A stretch of DNA of 64,000 nucleotides from Flectonema sp. DT1601 (GCA_964019425.1 OZ025800.1:372001-436000), one strand, 5' to 3'. Positions 36,930-48,873 are shown, counted from the stretch's first letter. Numbers and translations are program-made. Notes: generated by a model from the letters alone, not told the origin.

Positions 36930-37431
36930 GTTAGTTTAGTTTAGTTAGCAAAATACAAACTGATGACTACGAGGGGTCTGGGTAGCCCGCATCAGTAAGG
37001 ACCCAATCGCGAAGATTGTAGTTTCATAGTATCGGCTGGAAGTGATCGACTTCCAGCCTCCACCTTGCCCAGAGGCTAACAGGTTGTAAACAACTAAAGA
37101 AAATAAAAGAGAAATGATCTGGGAGTGGGGGGGAAGGTGAAAAAAAATAAAAAATCTTCTTTCTTTCATATACATCTTTCTTTATAATACGACCACATGT
37201 GCCATATGCCCACACTCCACGAAAGAAAATAGAAAACCCCGGAACAGTACCGAGGAACGTTCACCCCCAGTTGTCCAAAGCATTATAATTGTACTGTGGG
37301 ATTACCGAAAAGCTTTAGAAATGTACCACAAAAGATTTGGGCAGCACATAGCCATATCACTCAGCAAGAAATGAAAACCAAAAGGATCAGGTAAGATGAC
37401 AGTCAGTTTAAGGTCATAACTGCGCCGGACC
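36930..37431 (-). repeat. Repeat family R1, second long copy
   Basis: Nearly identical to 36164-36648 and ends at the same gccggacc. Confidence 0.85.
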
Positions 37432-38496
37432 GAAAAACCACTGGATAATTTTTCCGAACAACAACAAAAAAAAAAAAAAAAAAAAAAAGTGCTCCAGAAG
37501 AACACGTAAGTTTAGCAGGTAAGACAACAAACTCCTATTTCTTGAATAACTAATAAAAGAAAAACAATATAAGAGGAATGAAAAATTCAATAACATATCA
37601 TATTATATCAAAGTCCCTCTATCGCACAGCATAAACTGCTCTTTTTTTTTTTTTTTTTTTTTTTCTTCTTCGATAGAGAAACTGATTTCGTTTTCGAAAT
37701 ATAATTAAAAAAAAAAAATAATAATAAAACTGGCCTACCCCAAAACGTCCAACCGACTAAGGCTTTTTAGCAGTACAGAGAGTATAGGTTATAATAGCAG
37801 AGAGCTATCACAACATGAAATAAATAAAACGTAAGAACATTAAACAAATAATGATTGGCTTCGGCCAGAAATTAAGCAACCGCGGTATCGTGTCTATATT
37901 GATTACGACTAATGAATACCTGCCGTAAGAAATGACAGACATGTAAAATTATGGGATCAAAGAAAAAGAAAAAATTTCTCAACATCGAAGACGAAAAAAG
38001 AGTAATGTTGAGGTGGGAAAATAATTACAAAATGGAAGAAGAGTTATTAAAAAAAAGAAGAATTATTTGCAGAATGATAACAACATAAAGAATGACTACA
38101 GGGCGCCAATGATTTTGTACGTAAAATACAATGAATTCATAAAGTACCTATTGCAACATATTAATATAAAACGATAATATAAAAATCTCCTTAGGAGGAT
38201 ACGCGATGCTTAACTTAGCTTTTTACTGACATCATGTTAATTTAAAAGAGACTCAAAATCCCCCAGCGGGGAAGCCCACGAGACATATGTAAAGCAATGT
38301 TTGGAACGGCTTTTTAATTACCAGAGAATTTTAAAAAGGGGGATTAACTGTTCGAGTTTGTACGTAAAATACAAATGTTTTGTATCATAAACAACATAAC
38401 GATAATTTAACATTAGTTCTGAGATACAGTGACTAAAGGTAATGTTAGTGTAGGTATACACTCTGCGATTGACGTAAATACTTTACATTATAATAA

Positions 38497-38552
38497 ATGT
38501 TTCTAACTTAGCTGCATACACATCTCTTTTTCCGTGTTGTCATTCAGTGCAG
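38497..38552 (-). ncRNA. Non-circularly permuted hammerhead-like ribozyme, variant C (possibly degenerate)
   Basis: Minus strand: CTGCA-CTGAATGA-CAAC-(14 nt)-GTG-TA-TGCAG-CTAA-GTTA-GAAA-CAT. Stems I and III pair; the core has one extra nt and stem II is weak. Confidence 0.55.
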
Positions 38553-39794
38553 TACGGAATCGAGTTATTCAATTTTAAAAAAGGGGGAGGAAAATAATTG
38601 CCTGGCTTTTGAACAAAATGTGGTTTTGTACCGGCGGAAACCGTAAAGCTGGTTTAGAAGTGGAAAAGCAAACGAAAAGAGTTGCTTGGAGCAAAAAAGA
38701 AAAGCTATTATAAAAGATTGCCTCCAGACGCGTGGTTTATATAAATGAAGAAAATGAAACACAATCTCTTTTGGTTAGTCTGTTAGTAAGCAAAATTAGA
38801 ACTATTGACTGCGAGTAGTCTGCACCAAACAAACCAGGTCCATCTTGCTCAGAGATTAACAACTTGAAAACAAAAAAGAAATGATTAGGGAGTGGTGGTG
38901 GAGCTATGCCATATATAAAACCTTTCTTCATTAAATAGTTTAGTTTAGTTAGCAAAATACAAACTGATGACTACGAGGGGTCTGGGTAGCCCGCATCAGT
39001 AAGGACCCAATCGCGAAGATTGTAGTTTCATAGTATCGGCTGGAAGTGATCGACTTCCAGCCTCCACCTTGCCCAGAGGCTAACAGGTTGTAAACAACTA
39101 AAGAAAATAAAAGAGAAATGATCTGGGAGTGGGGGGGAAGGTGAAAAAAAATAAAAAATCTTCTTTCTTTCATATACATCTTTCTTTATAATACGACCAC
39201 ATGTGCCATATGCCCCAAATAATCATCAGCTATGCCATATCACGAAAGAAAATAAGAAATCCGGAACAATCAGTAAAGAACATCAAAAGGAAGCGCAAAT
39301 GAAACAATCAGTATCAGGTTTGAGTCAGGGAAGCGCAGAAGCGACCACACTCTCACAGGCGAGAAGAGATGCTCATTAACCAAAAGTGACGACCCAGATC
39401 CACCGCATGCACAAAGCAGGCAGTGTAAGACACGGCTGATAACGCTAATTTTTTTCCAGGGAAGGGGTTTTAACTATTCCGGACCTCTCTGCTGCTTTTT
39501 ATTTCCTAATCATGGCTAACTATAAAAATAATAATAGAAAGCTGAGTTTATTATAAAAAAGTGCACTAAATTAAAATATTAAAAAAGAAAAATTATAAAA
39601 ACACATTGTTCTGCTGTTCCAGAAAGCCAGTTAGATAGTATTAATGTTTATCAGTCAAAAGAAGGGGAGAGGGCGGGAAAGCTAGTTAGTATCATTAATT
39701 TTAGAACAGAAAAGTGAGAATAAGAAAAGTAGAGATTGTAAAAGAAAAGTATTCATTTCTGCAGTTTCCTAACATCAAAAGGGTAATAGAATAT

Positions 39795-39851
39795 GTAGTT
39801 TCAGACCTTAATCTTATACTACTTGTCCCTTGTTAGGCCTTCATCAGTAAG
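39795..39851 (-). ncRNA. Non-circularly permuted hammerhead-like ribozyme, variant A copy 1
   Basis: Minus strand: CTTA-CTGATGA-AGGCCT-(12 nt)-GTAG-TA-TAAG-ATTA-AGGTCT-GAAA-CTAC. Confidence 0.7.
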
Positions 39852-41650
39852 TTCTAAGGAACTTCATTCTATGTTGAAGTTGCTATCGTCCTAAGATAAA
39901 AATCCATCGGAGCTCGCCAGGATAGGGCTACCATTAATAGTTAGCAAAATACAAACTGATGACTACGAGGGGTCTGGGTAGCCCGCATCAGTAAGGACCC
40001 AAATAGATCACGAGTCATGCAGTGTAGTATGGTATAGTGTATAGTATTTCCAAAAAAAAGAAAAAAAAACTACTAACAGCTGGATAGCAAATGCAACAAT
40101 ATGCGAAAACGTTTTTTTTTTTTTTTCTTTTTTTTTCTTCTTTGCATCTTTATGCTGTCAACATTGGTTGTTACGAACGCGGTAAATAATAAAAAACTTT
40201 AAAAGTATGGTTACTACTTATTTATTTATTTATTTACGAAGCCTAGGAAGCCAAAAGCCAGGAAAAGCTCACAGAGTAACAGTTATATCGCTACCAGCAA
40301 CCGTGAGACTCTCACAGACGATAAGAGACGTAGAATAACCTGGAACAAATGACTACCTAAACCCACCGCCCGCGCGAGCAGACAGTGTTAGAGACGGCTG
40401 ATAACGCCAATTTTCGTCAAAGAGAGGGAGAACACGCCACATTAGATCAGAAAATAAGAAATTAAGTAATGATAAGAAAGAGAAATGATACTAATAAAAA
40501 TAAAATAAGACAATTACACTAGAAGAAAGAGACGTTATATAACTGTGTTTTGTCTGTCAAGAAAAAACGCTGCAAGAGATTTATAAAAAAAAAAGCAATC
40601 CGCAAGAATGAGCTTCAGAAACGAACACAAAGACTCCTTTTCTTCATACCATCAGGCAGATCTATAAAAGAAAAATCTTTGATTAAACAAGTACGGGAGG
40701 TAAATACAAGAAATATCGAAATATTTTTTTCTTTTTTTTTTGTGTGGAGTCGAAATCCCCTGGGGAAGCCCACGGGGGTAAGACTAACAATTTTTTTTTT
40801 TTTTAAGCAAAATACAAACTGATGACTACGAGGGGTCTGGGTAGCCCGCATCAGTAAGGACCCAATCGCGAAGATTGTAGTTTCATAGTATCGGCTGGAA
40901 GTGATCGACTTCCAGCCTCCACCTTGCCCAGAGGCTAACAGGTTGTAAACAACTAAAGAAAATAAAAGAGAAATGATCTGGGAGTGGGGGGGAAGGTGAA
41001 AAAAAATAAAAAATCTTCTTTCTTTCATATACATCTTTCTTTATAATACGACCACATGTGCCATATGCCCCAAATAATCATCAGCTATGCCATATCACGA
41101 AAGAAAATAAGAAATCCGGAACAATCAGTAAAGAACATCAAAAGGAAGCGCAAATGAAACAATCAGTATCAGGTTTGAGTCAGGGAAGCGCAGAAGCGAC
41201 CACACTCTCACAGGCGAGAAGAGATGCTCATTAACCAAAAGTGACGACCCAGATCCACCGCATGCACAAAGCAGGCAGTGTAAGACACGGCTGATAACGC
41301 TAATTTTTTTCCAGGGAAGGGGTTTTAACTATTCCGGACCTCTCTGCTGCTTTTTATTTCCTAATCATGGCTAACTATAAAAATAATAATAGAAAGCTGA
41401 GTTTATTATAAAAAAGTGCACTAAATTAAAATATTAAAAAAGAAAAATTATAAAAACACATTGTTCTGCTGTTCCAGAAAGCCAGTTAGATAGTATTAAT
41501 GTTTATCAGTCAAAAGAAGGGGAGAGGGCGGGAAAGCTAGTTAGTATCATTAATTTTAGAACAGAAAAGTGAGAATAAGAAAAGTGGAGATTAGTAAAAG
41601 AAAAGTATTCATTTCTGCAGTTTCCTAACATCAAAAGGGTAATAGAATAT

Positions 41651-41707
41651 GTAGTTTCAGACCTTAATCTTATACTACTTGTCCCTTGTTAGGCCTTCAT
41701 CAGTAAG
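41651..41707 (-). ncRNA. Permuted hammerhead-like ribozyme, variant A copy 2
   Basis: Identical to 39795-39851. Confidence 0.7.
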
Positions 41708-43312
41708 TTCTAAGGAACTTCATTCTATGTTGAAGTTGCTATCGTCCTAAGATAAAAATCCATCGGAGCTCGCCAGGATAGGGCTACCATTAATAGTTAG
41801 CAAAATACAAACTGATGACTACGAGGGGTCTGGGTAGCCCGCATCAGTAAGGACCCAAATAGATCACGAGTCATGCAGTGTAGTATGGTATAGTGTATAG
41901 TATTTCCAAAAAAAAGAAAAAAAAACTACTAACAGCTGGATAGCAAATGCAACAATATGCGAAAACGTTTTTTTTTTTTTCTTTTTTTTTCTTCTTTGCA
42001 TCTTTATGCTGTCAACATTGGTTGTTACGAACGCGGTAAATAATAAAAAACTTTAAAAGTATGGTTACTACTTATTTATTTATTTATTTACGAAGCCTAG
42101 GAAGCCAAAAGCCAGGAAAAGCTCACAGAGTAACAGTTATATCGCTACCAGCAACCGTGAGACTCTCACAGACGATAAGAGACGTAGAATAACCTGGAAC
42201 AAATGACTACCTAAACCCACCGCCCGCGCGAGCAGACAGTGTTAGAGACGGCTGATAACGCCAATTTTCGTCAAAGAGAGGGAGAACACGCCACATTAGA
42301 TCAGAAAATAAGAAATAAAGTAATGATAAGAAAGAGAAATGATACTAATAAAAATAAAATAAGACAATTACACTAGAAGAAAGAGACGTTATATAACTGT
42401 GTTTTGTCTGTCAAGAAAAAACGCTGCAAGAGATTTATAAAAAAAAGCAATCCGCAAGAATGAGCTTCAGAAACTAACACAAAGACTCCTTTTCTTCATA
42501 CCATCAGGCAGATCTATAAAAGAAAAATCTTTGATTAAACAAGTACGGGAGGTAAATACAAGAAATATCGAAATATTTTTTTCTTTTTTTTTTTTGTGTG
42601 GAGTCGAAATCCCCTGGGGAAGCCCACGGGGGTAAGACTAACAATTTTTTTTTTTTTTAAGCAAAATACAAACTGATGACTACGAGGGGTCTGGGTAGCC
42701 CGCATCAGTAAGGACCCAATCGCGAAGATTGTAGTTTCATAGTATCGGCTGGAAGTGATCGACTTCCAGCCTCCACCTTGCCCAGAGGCTAACAGGTTGT
42801 AAACAACTAAAGAAAATAAAAGAGAAATGTTCCGGGAGTGGGGGGGAAGGTGAAAAAAAATAAATAATCTTCTTTCATACATCTTTCTTTATAATACGAT
42901 CACGTGTGCCATGAAAGCTACATATGATTGAAGGCAATCAGCGAGAAGTTTCTTGCTGATAACTGAACTGGGAAATTAGAACGTAGCGATTGACAAGCGC
43001 TATTATACTTACAGAGCAACTGAACAAAACGAGAAGTTATGTTTTCTTCACTTGCATATCGTTGAAAAGAAAAATACTCTGATGACGAAACAAAAGTACG
43101 ATTTTTCGCGTGTCATTCAGAGTACGGAAACGAGTTATTTATCAAAATCAGATAGCAGGTAATATTAATTATTAGTTAATCAAACCTTACTGTATATTAT
43201 GACTGCTGGGGTAACTCACAGTAATAGAGGAAGAGATGTAATTTAATTTATAGAAAAATTAGACGACGACAAATTTCAGCTTTCCATCTTACCCAGCTTA
43301 ACAAGGTATATA

Positions 43313-43443
43313 CCGTAATTATAAATATCATGGTGTATAAAAAGTCTCCAAATCTCCAAAAAATGGCCAAATCCACCATCTTTTTTATATCCAAAGTTGT
43401 TATACTCCAATTTTTTTATACACTGTGATATTTATAATTACAG
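43313..43443. mobile_element. MITE, Tc1/mariner-pogo-like (131 bp)
   Basis: ~31-bp TIRs: CCGTAATTATAAATATCATGGTGTATAAAAA versus the reverse complement of the right end CTGTAATTATAAATATCACAGTGTATAAAAA (3 mismatches); flanked by TA at 43311-43312 and 43444-43445. Confidence 0.82.
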
Positions 43444-44577
43444 TAATTAAAAATAAAGTGAACTAAATTGAAAATAAAAACATATTAAAGGAGTGTAAGT
43501 ATCACTATTAAGTCCGTTTAGAAAAACGAAAACATGAAACGGGAAAATACCGTTGATGCGAGGGAATCAAAGGGGTGTTAATGTGCGGAAGAATCCTAAA
43601 AAGTACGTCTGCTTACGAAGCCCTACCAAGGCAGAACAAGGATTAACCGCAAGAAGTGCGCCTGTCATCTGTGTTTCTAGAGAGGCAACTTACGTAGTTT
43701 CAAAGAAAAAAAAGAATTTTATAAAGGCTGCAATAACACGTACGCTGACCGTGGTCAGTAAGTTATCGACGAATGACATTTTAAAGTCGACAACCGTACC
43801 TATAACATACAGTTATAGTAGTACAAATAAGAAAACTAATTTTCAATAAAAGAATTACAATCGACTCCGAAGAGCTGAATGAAAGGTAGTTAATGAAAGA
43901 ATATCAAAACCCAGCAACGAAAAGCCAAGAAGTGATTATTATTTAATTGTACCATGACGGTGAGTGTTAACACCGTTAAATATTTCCTTTGTTTGTTGAA
44001 AGGATTTTTCAATTTTTTTTTTTTTTTTTTAAAGTCAGTGAAGTCAAAACTTCCAGTGAAAAAAGTAAATCAGCGATGAAGTCCAAGGGCTGTTTTCTGC
44101 ACTTATTTCAAAATTAAAAAGGGGTGAGCAGAACACAAGGGAGGGAGGAGTTAACAGTTGAATACAACAACTGTTAGTAATCATGATCAAATGAAATGAC
44201 CAGTAAAGAAACATAATTTATCTTTTTCAAAACAAGATACTAATTAATTTTTTCGGAAAGAGAAGGGGGGAATTCACGGAAGCTCCCCTAAGGGTGGGCA
44301 TGTCAACCAGGTGTATATCTATGTAAGAACACCATACGCACATATCAGCTTTTCCGTGAAATCGATGACTCAAGAAAGAAAAAAAGACGAAAGGAAAAGA
44401 AATAGCTCTTTGAATTTTCAATTGTTAGCAACTGAAATAAAAGAGACAAAGTGTGTCAGATATTTTGAGGGGGGTAATTTGATACTGTATTTTCAAGCTC
44501 AAAGGAACAACAATTTCTCCAGGGGGGGAAAAGACAAGCAAGAAAATCACTTCTATCATAATGTGAGTTCCCAACCG

Positions 44578-45510
44578 TTACACAGTGCAATGTAACGATC
44601 TCTTCTCATGAGGGTGCGTTGGTTTATGAGGGGTGTAGGTTGGCCTCAGGGAGGGGTAGTATTCGACTTTTGGTGTGGGAGAATGTCCAGTGAACGACGT
44701 AATCACTAACGTGTCGCCCTGAGTAGGGGTTCCTATTTCCTTATCTGTTGAGGAGAGCCATCTTTGGGAACTTCCTCTCTTCGCGTTCCTACAACGCTGT
44801 TCTTGAAAACATAATTTCTTCTCAGATGTGATCGATTCCTGTCTGAGGTTGCTGTACTTCAAAACCTCAAATGGGAGAAACAAATTCTTCTTCCTTACTA
44901 CCGGAGGGCCAGAACTGAGTCTTCTCGACCTCCCAATTATGACAGATTTCGGTTGCCGTTGGATGTCTTGTTGGGGCTCAATTGGTTTTGTGGGTGGATT
45001 TGGTTTTCTCTCCGAGCTGTTACTCAGTTCGAGTAGCTGGGAAGCAAAGCTTTCGCGTTGCTTTCTGCAAGCAGTGATTAAAGCAGAGCTGTAGAAATCT
45101 TGCTCGTCTACCCACCTGGCAGTCATGTTTTGTCTCTCAATGTGAACTCTGTGTCTATCCCACCAGACTGTCATACTCATTCTGTGAGAGATAGAATCGT
45201 GAATGACGGAATTTCGTTGTAAATAATGTTCTTTCCACAGTACGTGAACTTGTTCTTCAAAGCGAACTGTTTCCCGAACAGTGTTTATATTTATCAGAGC
45301 CATTGATTTGTGTGCTGCTACTGCCGCACATATTAATGTGATATGGACAGCCGTCCATTCCATTTTTTCTTCCCAAAATTCTTGCTTTTGATCTGCCTCT
45401 ACCCAATAGCCTCCAATCTCACAGAGAAAGGTACGACGGAGTCCTTCTCTAAGAATGTCTTCACCACTCTCTATCTTCTGGCGAGCAGGGGACTCTGCTT
45501 CCTCCGGCAT
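44578..45510 (-). CDS. Hypothetical protein (~310 aa)
   Basis: Long ORF with coding-like composition; start placed at MPEEAE because upstream sequence is AT-rich and UTR-like; no family recognised. Confidence 0.6.
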   Translation of the reverse strand: MPEEAESPARQKIESGEDILREGLRRTFLCEIGGYWVEADQKQEFWEEKMEWTAVHITLICAAVAAHKSMALININTVRETVRFEEQVHVLWKEHYLQRNSVIHDSISHRMSMTVWWDRHRVHIERQNMTARWVDEQDFYSSALITACRKQRESFASQLLELSNSSERKPNPPTKPIEPQQDIQRQPKSVIIGRSRRLSSGPPVVRKKNLFLPFEVLKYSNLRQESITSEKKLCFQEQRCRNAKRGSSQRWLSSTDKEIGTPTQGDTLVITSFTGHSPTPKVEYYPSLRPTYTPHKPTHPHEKRSLHCTV

Positions 45511-46372
45511 ACCCGACTTGAGTGCGATTTTAACAAAGTTACTGTAGCGGGAGTGAAAGTGATTTAAATTATAGTGCATTTCAATAAATTGATCGATGAG
45601 ACATATGCAAACCTGATTTAAAATAAATATCACTACAAATAGTAAAAACAGATAACCCATCACAGTACGTTGGCATTAAGCTGCGCCCCAAAGCATGAAA
45701 CGCGGCGGAGAATGAAGAGAGGGAGAAATAAGAAAAATATCAGTAAGTCACAAAATCACTCCTATTAATTACAACCTAACAGAGGTTTCTGTTGATGCAT
45801 GGCTAATAATAATCACACTAAACAAACGATTTTAAGGAACAGGCAAAGAAGCCTTTCTTCTTTAACACGCATCAAAAAGTTTTTATCTTTTTTTTTTTTT
45901 CCACTCCCTGACAGAGACCTGCCTTCACCCGTAACACTAAACTTCACATCACAATTATAGCAACAGACATTATGTCGGCAGCTCGGGAAGACCGGGGGGG
46001 GTCAGGAAGGGAAAGATATAGGGGGTACGTAGGAATATAAATACTATGTTATCAATAGGCGTAAATAACATCACTTCACTTTTTTTTTTATCTTAATGAG
46101 TGGTTGCGTTCCGGGTCAAAATGCGTTAAATTTCCAACTACCATCTTACTTATTTTTTGTTTTTTTTCAAAAAAAAACAAAAAAAAAGGGACGATGTCAA
46201 TATTAAGAAAAAGATAACTTGTTTGATAGCAAACAACCATAAACGGAACTCAAAGTTATGCAACACTTTTAAAGATTACATTTCGTATTGCAAGGATATT
46301 AGGGGAACTTTTGGGTAAGTCAAACACATTTAATTATTACTCGTATTTGAAGAAATGATTTGCCGAGTTCTC

Positions 46373-47605
46373 TTAGTTATTCTTTGGGGTCAACAGGTAG
46401 AAGCGACTGTCGTGGGAAGTAAGTCCGTTGATTACGATCTTTCCAGTGGCATCAGGGGCATCCTTCTGTTCCCAGATGTCACGAACAGCAACAGTTCCAG
46501 AAAGACCGACGTCAGAAAGGTCGATCTCAGCATTGATGGAGCTTTCATCGTTGCTGAGAACCAAAACAGCCTGGGCACCGTTGGCCTGATCCTTGGCCCA
46601 GATCTGGGAATGTCCATTGTCCTTTACAAGTCTTCCTGGGTGTCCTTCCCAAGCCTGGTTTACAGCAATAGCTTCCTTGTTTGAGATAATTGACCAGATT
46701 TTGTCAACAGTCGATTCATCATTAACATCATGACCTAATACCAGAGGTGATGATACAATACACCAGGCTCCAAAGTGACTTCTGTCTTCGTTAAAGTTTG
46801 GCATTCTACCGACTTCCAACATGTCTGGGTATGCCCAGGTACCTGGTCTCGAGAGAGGAGGGTTGCCCTGGTACTTTCTAGTGGTCTGAAGGTTTCCGTA
46901 CATAGACTTCCAGTTGTTGCTGATATCACCTGAAGATCTGAAGAAGTTGTATGGGCAGTCTGATGGCATTCCCAAACCAGTACATGGAGCATCACCAGTT
47001 GTCTGTCCAGGAATAGTCTGTCCCCAGTGACAGTTTTCAATCATAACAGAGCGACCAGTCTCGTTAAGGAGCTGTCCCCACCAAGTTAGGTTACGGAATT
47101 CTCCACATCCATCCAACTTAACTCCGTCGAACCCGGCAGCAACAATAGCCTTGACTGACTGTTGCATGTGCTTTGCAACGTATGCGGTTTGGTTTACGAA
47201 CTGAGTTTCCTTACAGATACAGTTGTTCATGTACCAACCAATACGAAGACCAAGACCGTGACCAACATCAACCATTCCCTTCATGGATGGAAACGAAGCA
47301 GTGTTGATCAATGGGTTACCTTCAGCATCGTGGAATGATCCATTGACTCCCTTCTTGCATGCCTGCCAGTTGTCGTCAAGGCCAACTGCGACGTATCCGA
47401 GATCAGCGTATGAAGTTGGAGTCCCAGCAACTAATCTCTTTCTCTCAACCATCTTGTGCATGACTCCTTCCATCAGACTTTGGTTCACATTTGCGTGATA
47501 ACAGTTCCATGATCTCCATCCCATAGGAGGAGTCAAACCATAACCGTTGTCGATTCCTTCCACCGTGACAACAGCCGCTCCGAGAATGGCAAGTGCGCTA
47601 CGCAT
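46373..47605 (-). CDS. Secreted glycoside hydrolase family 27 (alpha-galactosidase/melibiase), copy 1
   Basis: Signal peptide; DNG.GLTPPMGWRSWN, LDDNWQ, KLDGC (nucleophile), RSSGDI (acid/base), PDMLEVG; C-terminal VRDIW beta-domain. Confidence 0.96.
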   Translation of the reverse strand: MRSALAILGAAVVTVEGIDNGYGLTPPMGWRSWNCYHANVNQSLMEGVMHKMVERKRLVAGTPTSYADLGYVAVGLDDNWQACKKGVNGSFHDAEGNPLINTASFPSMKGMVDVGHGLGLRIGWYMNNCICKETQFVNQTAYVAKHMQQSVKAIVAAGFDGVKLDGCGEFRNLTWWGQLLNETGRSVMIENCHWGQTIPGQTTGDAPCTGLGMPSDCPYNFFRSSGDISNNWKSMYGNLQTTRKYQGNPPLSRPGTWAYPDMLEVGRMPNFNEDRSHFGAWCIVSSPLVLGHDVNDESTVDKIWSIISNKEAIAVNQAWEGHPGRLVKDNGHSQIWAKDQANGAQAVLVLSNDESSINAEIDLSDVGLSGTVAVRDIWEQKDAPDATGKIVINGLTSHDSRFYLLTPKNN

Positions 47606-47802
47606 TTTGTTTTATTCTCTTTTGATCTTTGTTATAACCTTTTTTTTATTTTTAAAAAAAAAATATCGTTAATACCAGAATCACTCACTTTACGTAAACT
47701 AGAACCACGTCATTCAATTAAATGTTCCAAAGAATAATTAGATACACCTGAAGGGCAGCTAATGCAGTACAGGGAAATTCCCGTACACGACACCGCTACA
47801 TG

Positions 47803-47903
47803 ACATGAAAAAGAGAATGCAGACACTAATCCCAGCAAGGCGCACAAAGATGCTGCTGCTAAGTCTACTTTTGCAGTCGCAGTCTTGTGTTCGAGTATGG
47901 TGG
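47803..47903 (-). pseudogene. Degenerate copy of the 3' end of the ALDH-like gene (also at 50971-51071)
   Basis: Matches 54001-54153 with an internal deletion (aaagatgctgctgcta...tttgcagtcgcagtcttgtgttcgagtatggtgg). Confidence 0.8.
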
Positions 47904-48779
47904 GCGAATCAAGCTACGCGCCAAATGGTGAAGCGCAGCGAAGAATGAAAAAAATGAAGAACGGAAGAAACAAGGTATAACGCCATAACGCCATGTCAAA
48001 TCAACTTAACCAAAAACAAAACACAGGCTTCTGCTGATGCATGGTTAATAATAATCACAGCTTAAGGGAAAACCATTTCAGATTAGCCTTATGTTTCGTT
48101 GAACGCAGACAAAATCCTGTCGCACGGGGAAAATAAACCATGACCATAAGAAATATCGGCTTTCAATCTGAATAGTTTCTTCTCCGACTACGTACAAAAA
48201 AACGGTACAAAAAAAAAAATGATTCTTTGCAGGAATGAAGGAGAAGCCTTCTTTCCTTAACACGCACCAACACGTACTAATATTTTTGTTTGTTTGTTTT
48301 TGTTTTTCACAACTTCTTTATCTCAATTAGTGGTTGCGTTTCGGGTCAAATGCGTCATATTTTCAACAACCATCTTACTTATTTATGTTTTGTTTTTGTT
48401 TTTTTCTTTGTACCCACAAACCCATTGTTCCGTAGAAAGAGAATTAGCGTAACCTACCCATTCCCTTTATTAGCGGTTCCTCAGAAACCAAATAAAATCA
48501 TGAGTAAAAAACACCAAAAAAAAAAAGAAAAAGAAATGTGAATCAAATGCGTCATATTTTTAATTATCATTTTACTTATTTATGTTTTGTTTTTGTTTTG
48601 TTTTCTGTACTTAGAAACCAAACAAAGTCATGAGTAAAAAACACCAAAAAAAAAAAAAAAGGAAATGTGAATCTGGCCAGACCCGATTATTTGGTTGTTT
48701 TTTTCAAAAACACAACAAATGACAAGACAATGTTATTACAAGATAACTTGCTTAATGGCAACCAACAATCCAAGGTGTT

Positions 48780-48873
48780 CTTCTGTTCCCAGATGTCACG
48801 AACAGTAACAGTTCTACAAAGACTGACGTCACAATGATCCCAGAGTTGATGGAGCTGTCATCGTTGCTGAAAA
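48780..48873 (-). pseudogene. Degenerate GH27 C-terminal fragment (also at ~51725-51818)
   Basis: cttctgttcccagatgtcacgaacag...catcgttgctga matches ~46463-46560 with substitutions. Confidence 0.8.

Larger units (their letters stand above)
38949..42912. repeat. Tandem segmental duplication, period ~1856 bp (about 2.1 units), built from repeat fragments
   Basis: 39941 matches 41797; 39795 matches 41651; near-identical sequence throughout. Confidence 0.93.

Noticed and set aside
36945..37175. Repeated 76-aa ORF in R1 as a gene family
   Set aside because: Includes low-complexity T-rich codons; the frame is not kept in all copies; no recognisable domain
43075..43125. Plus-strand CTGATGACGAAAC as a minimal hammerhead
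   Set aside because: No stem II; better explained as a hairpin plus a decayed minus-strand copy of variant C
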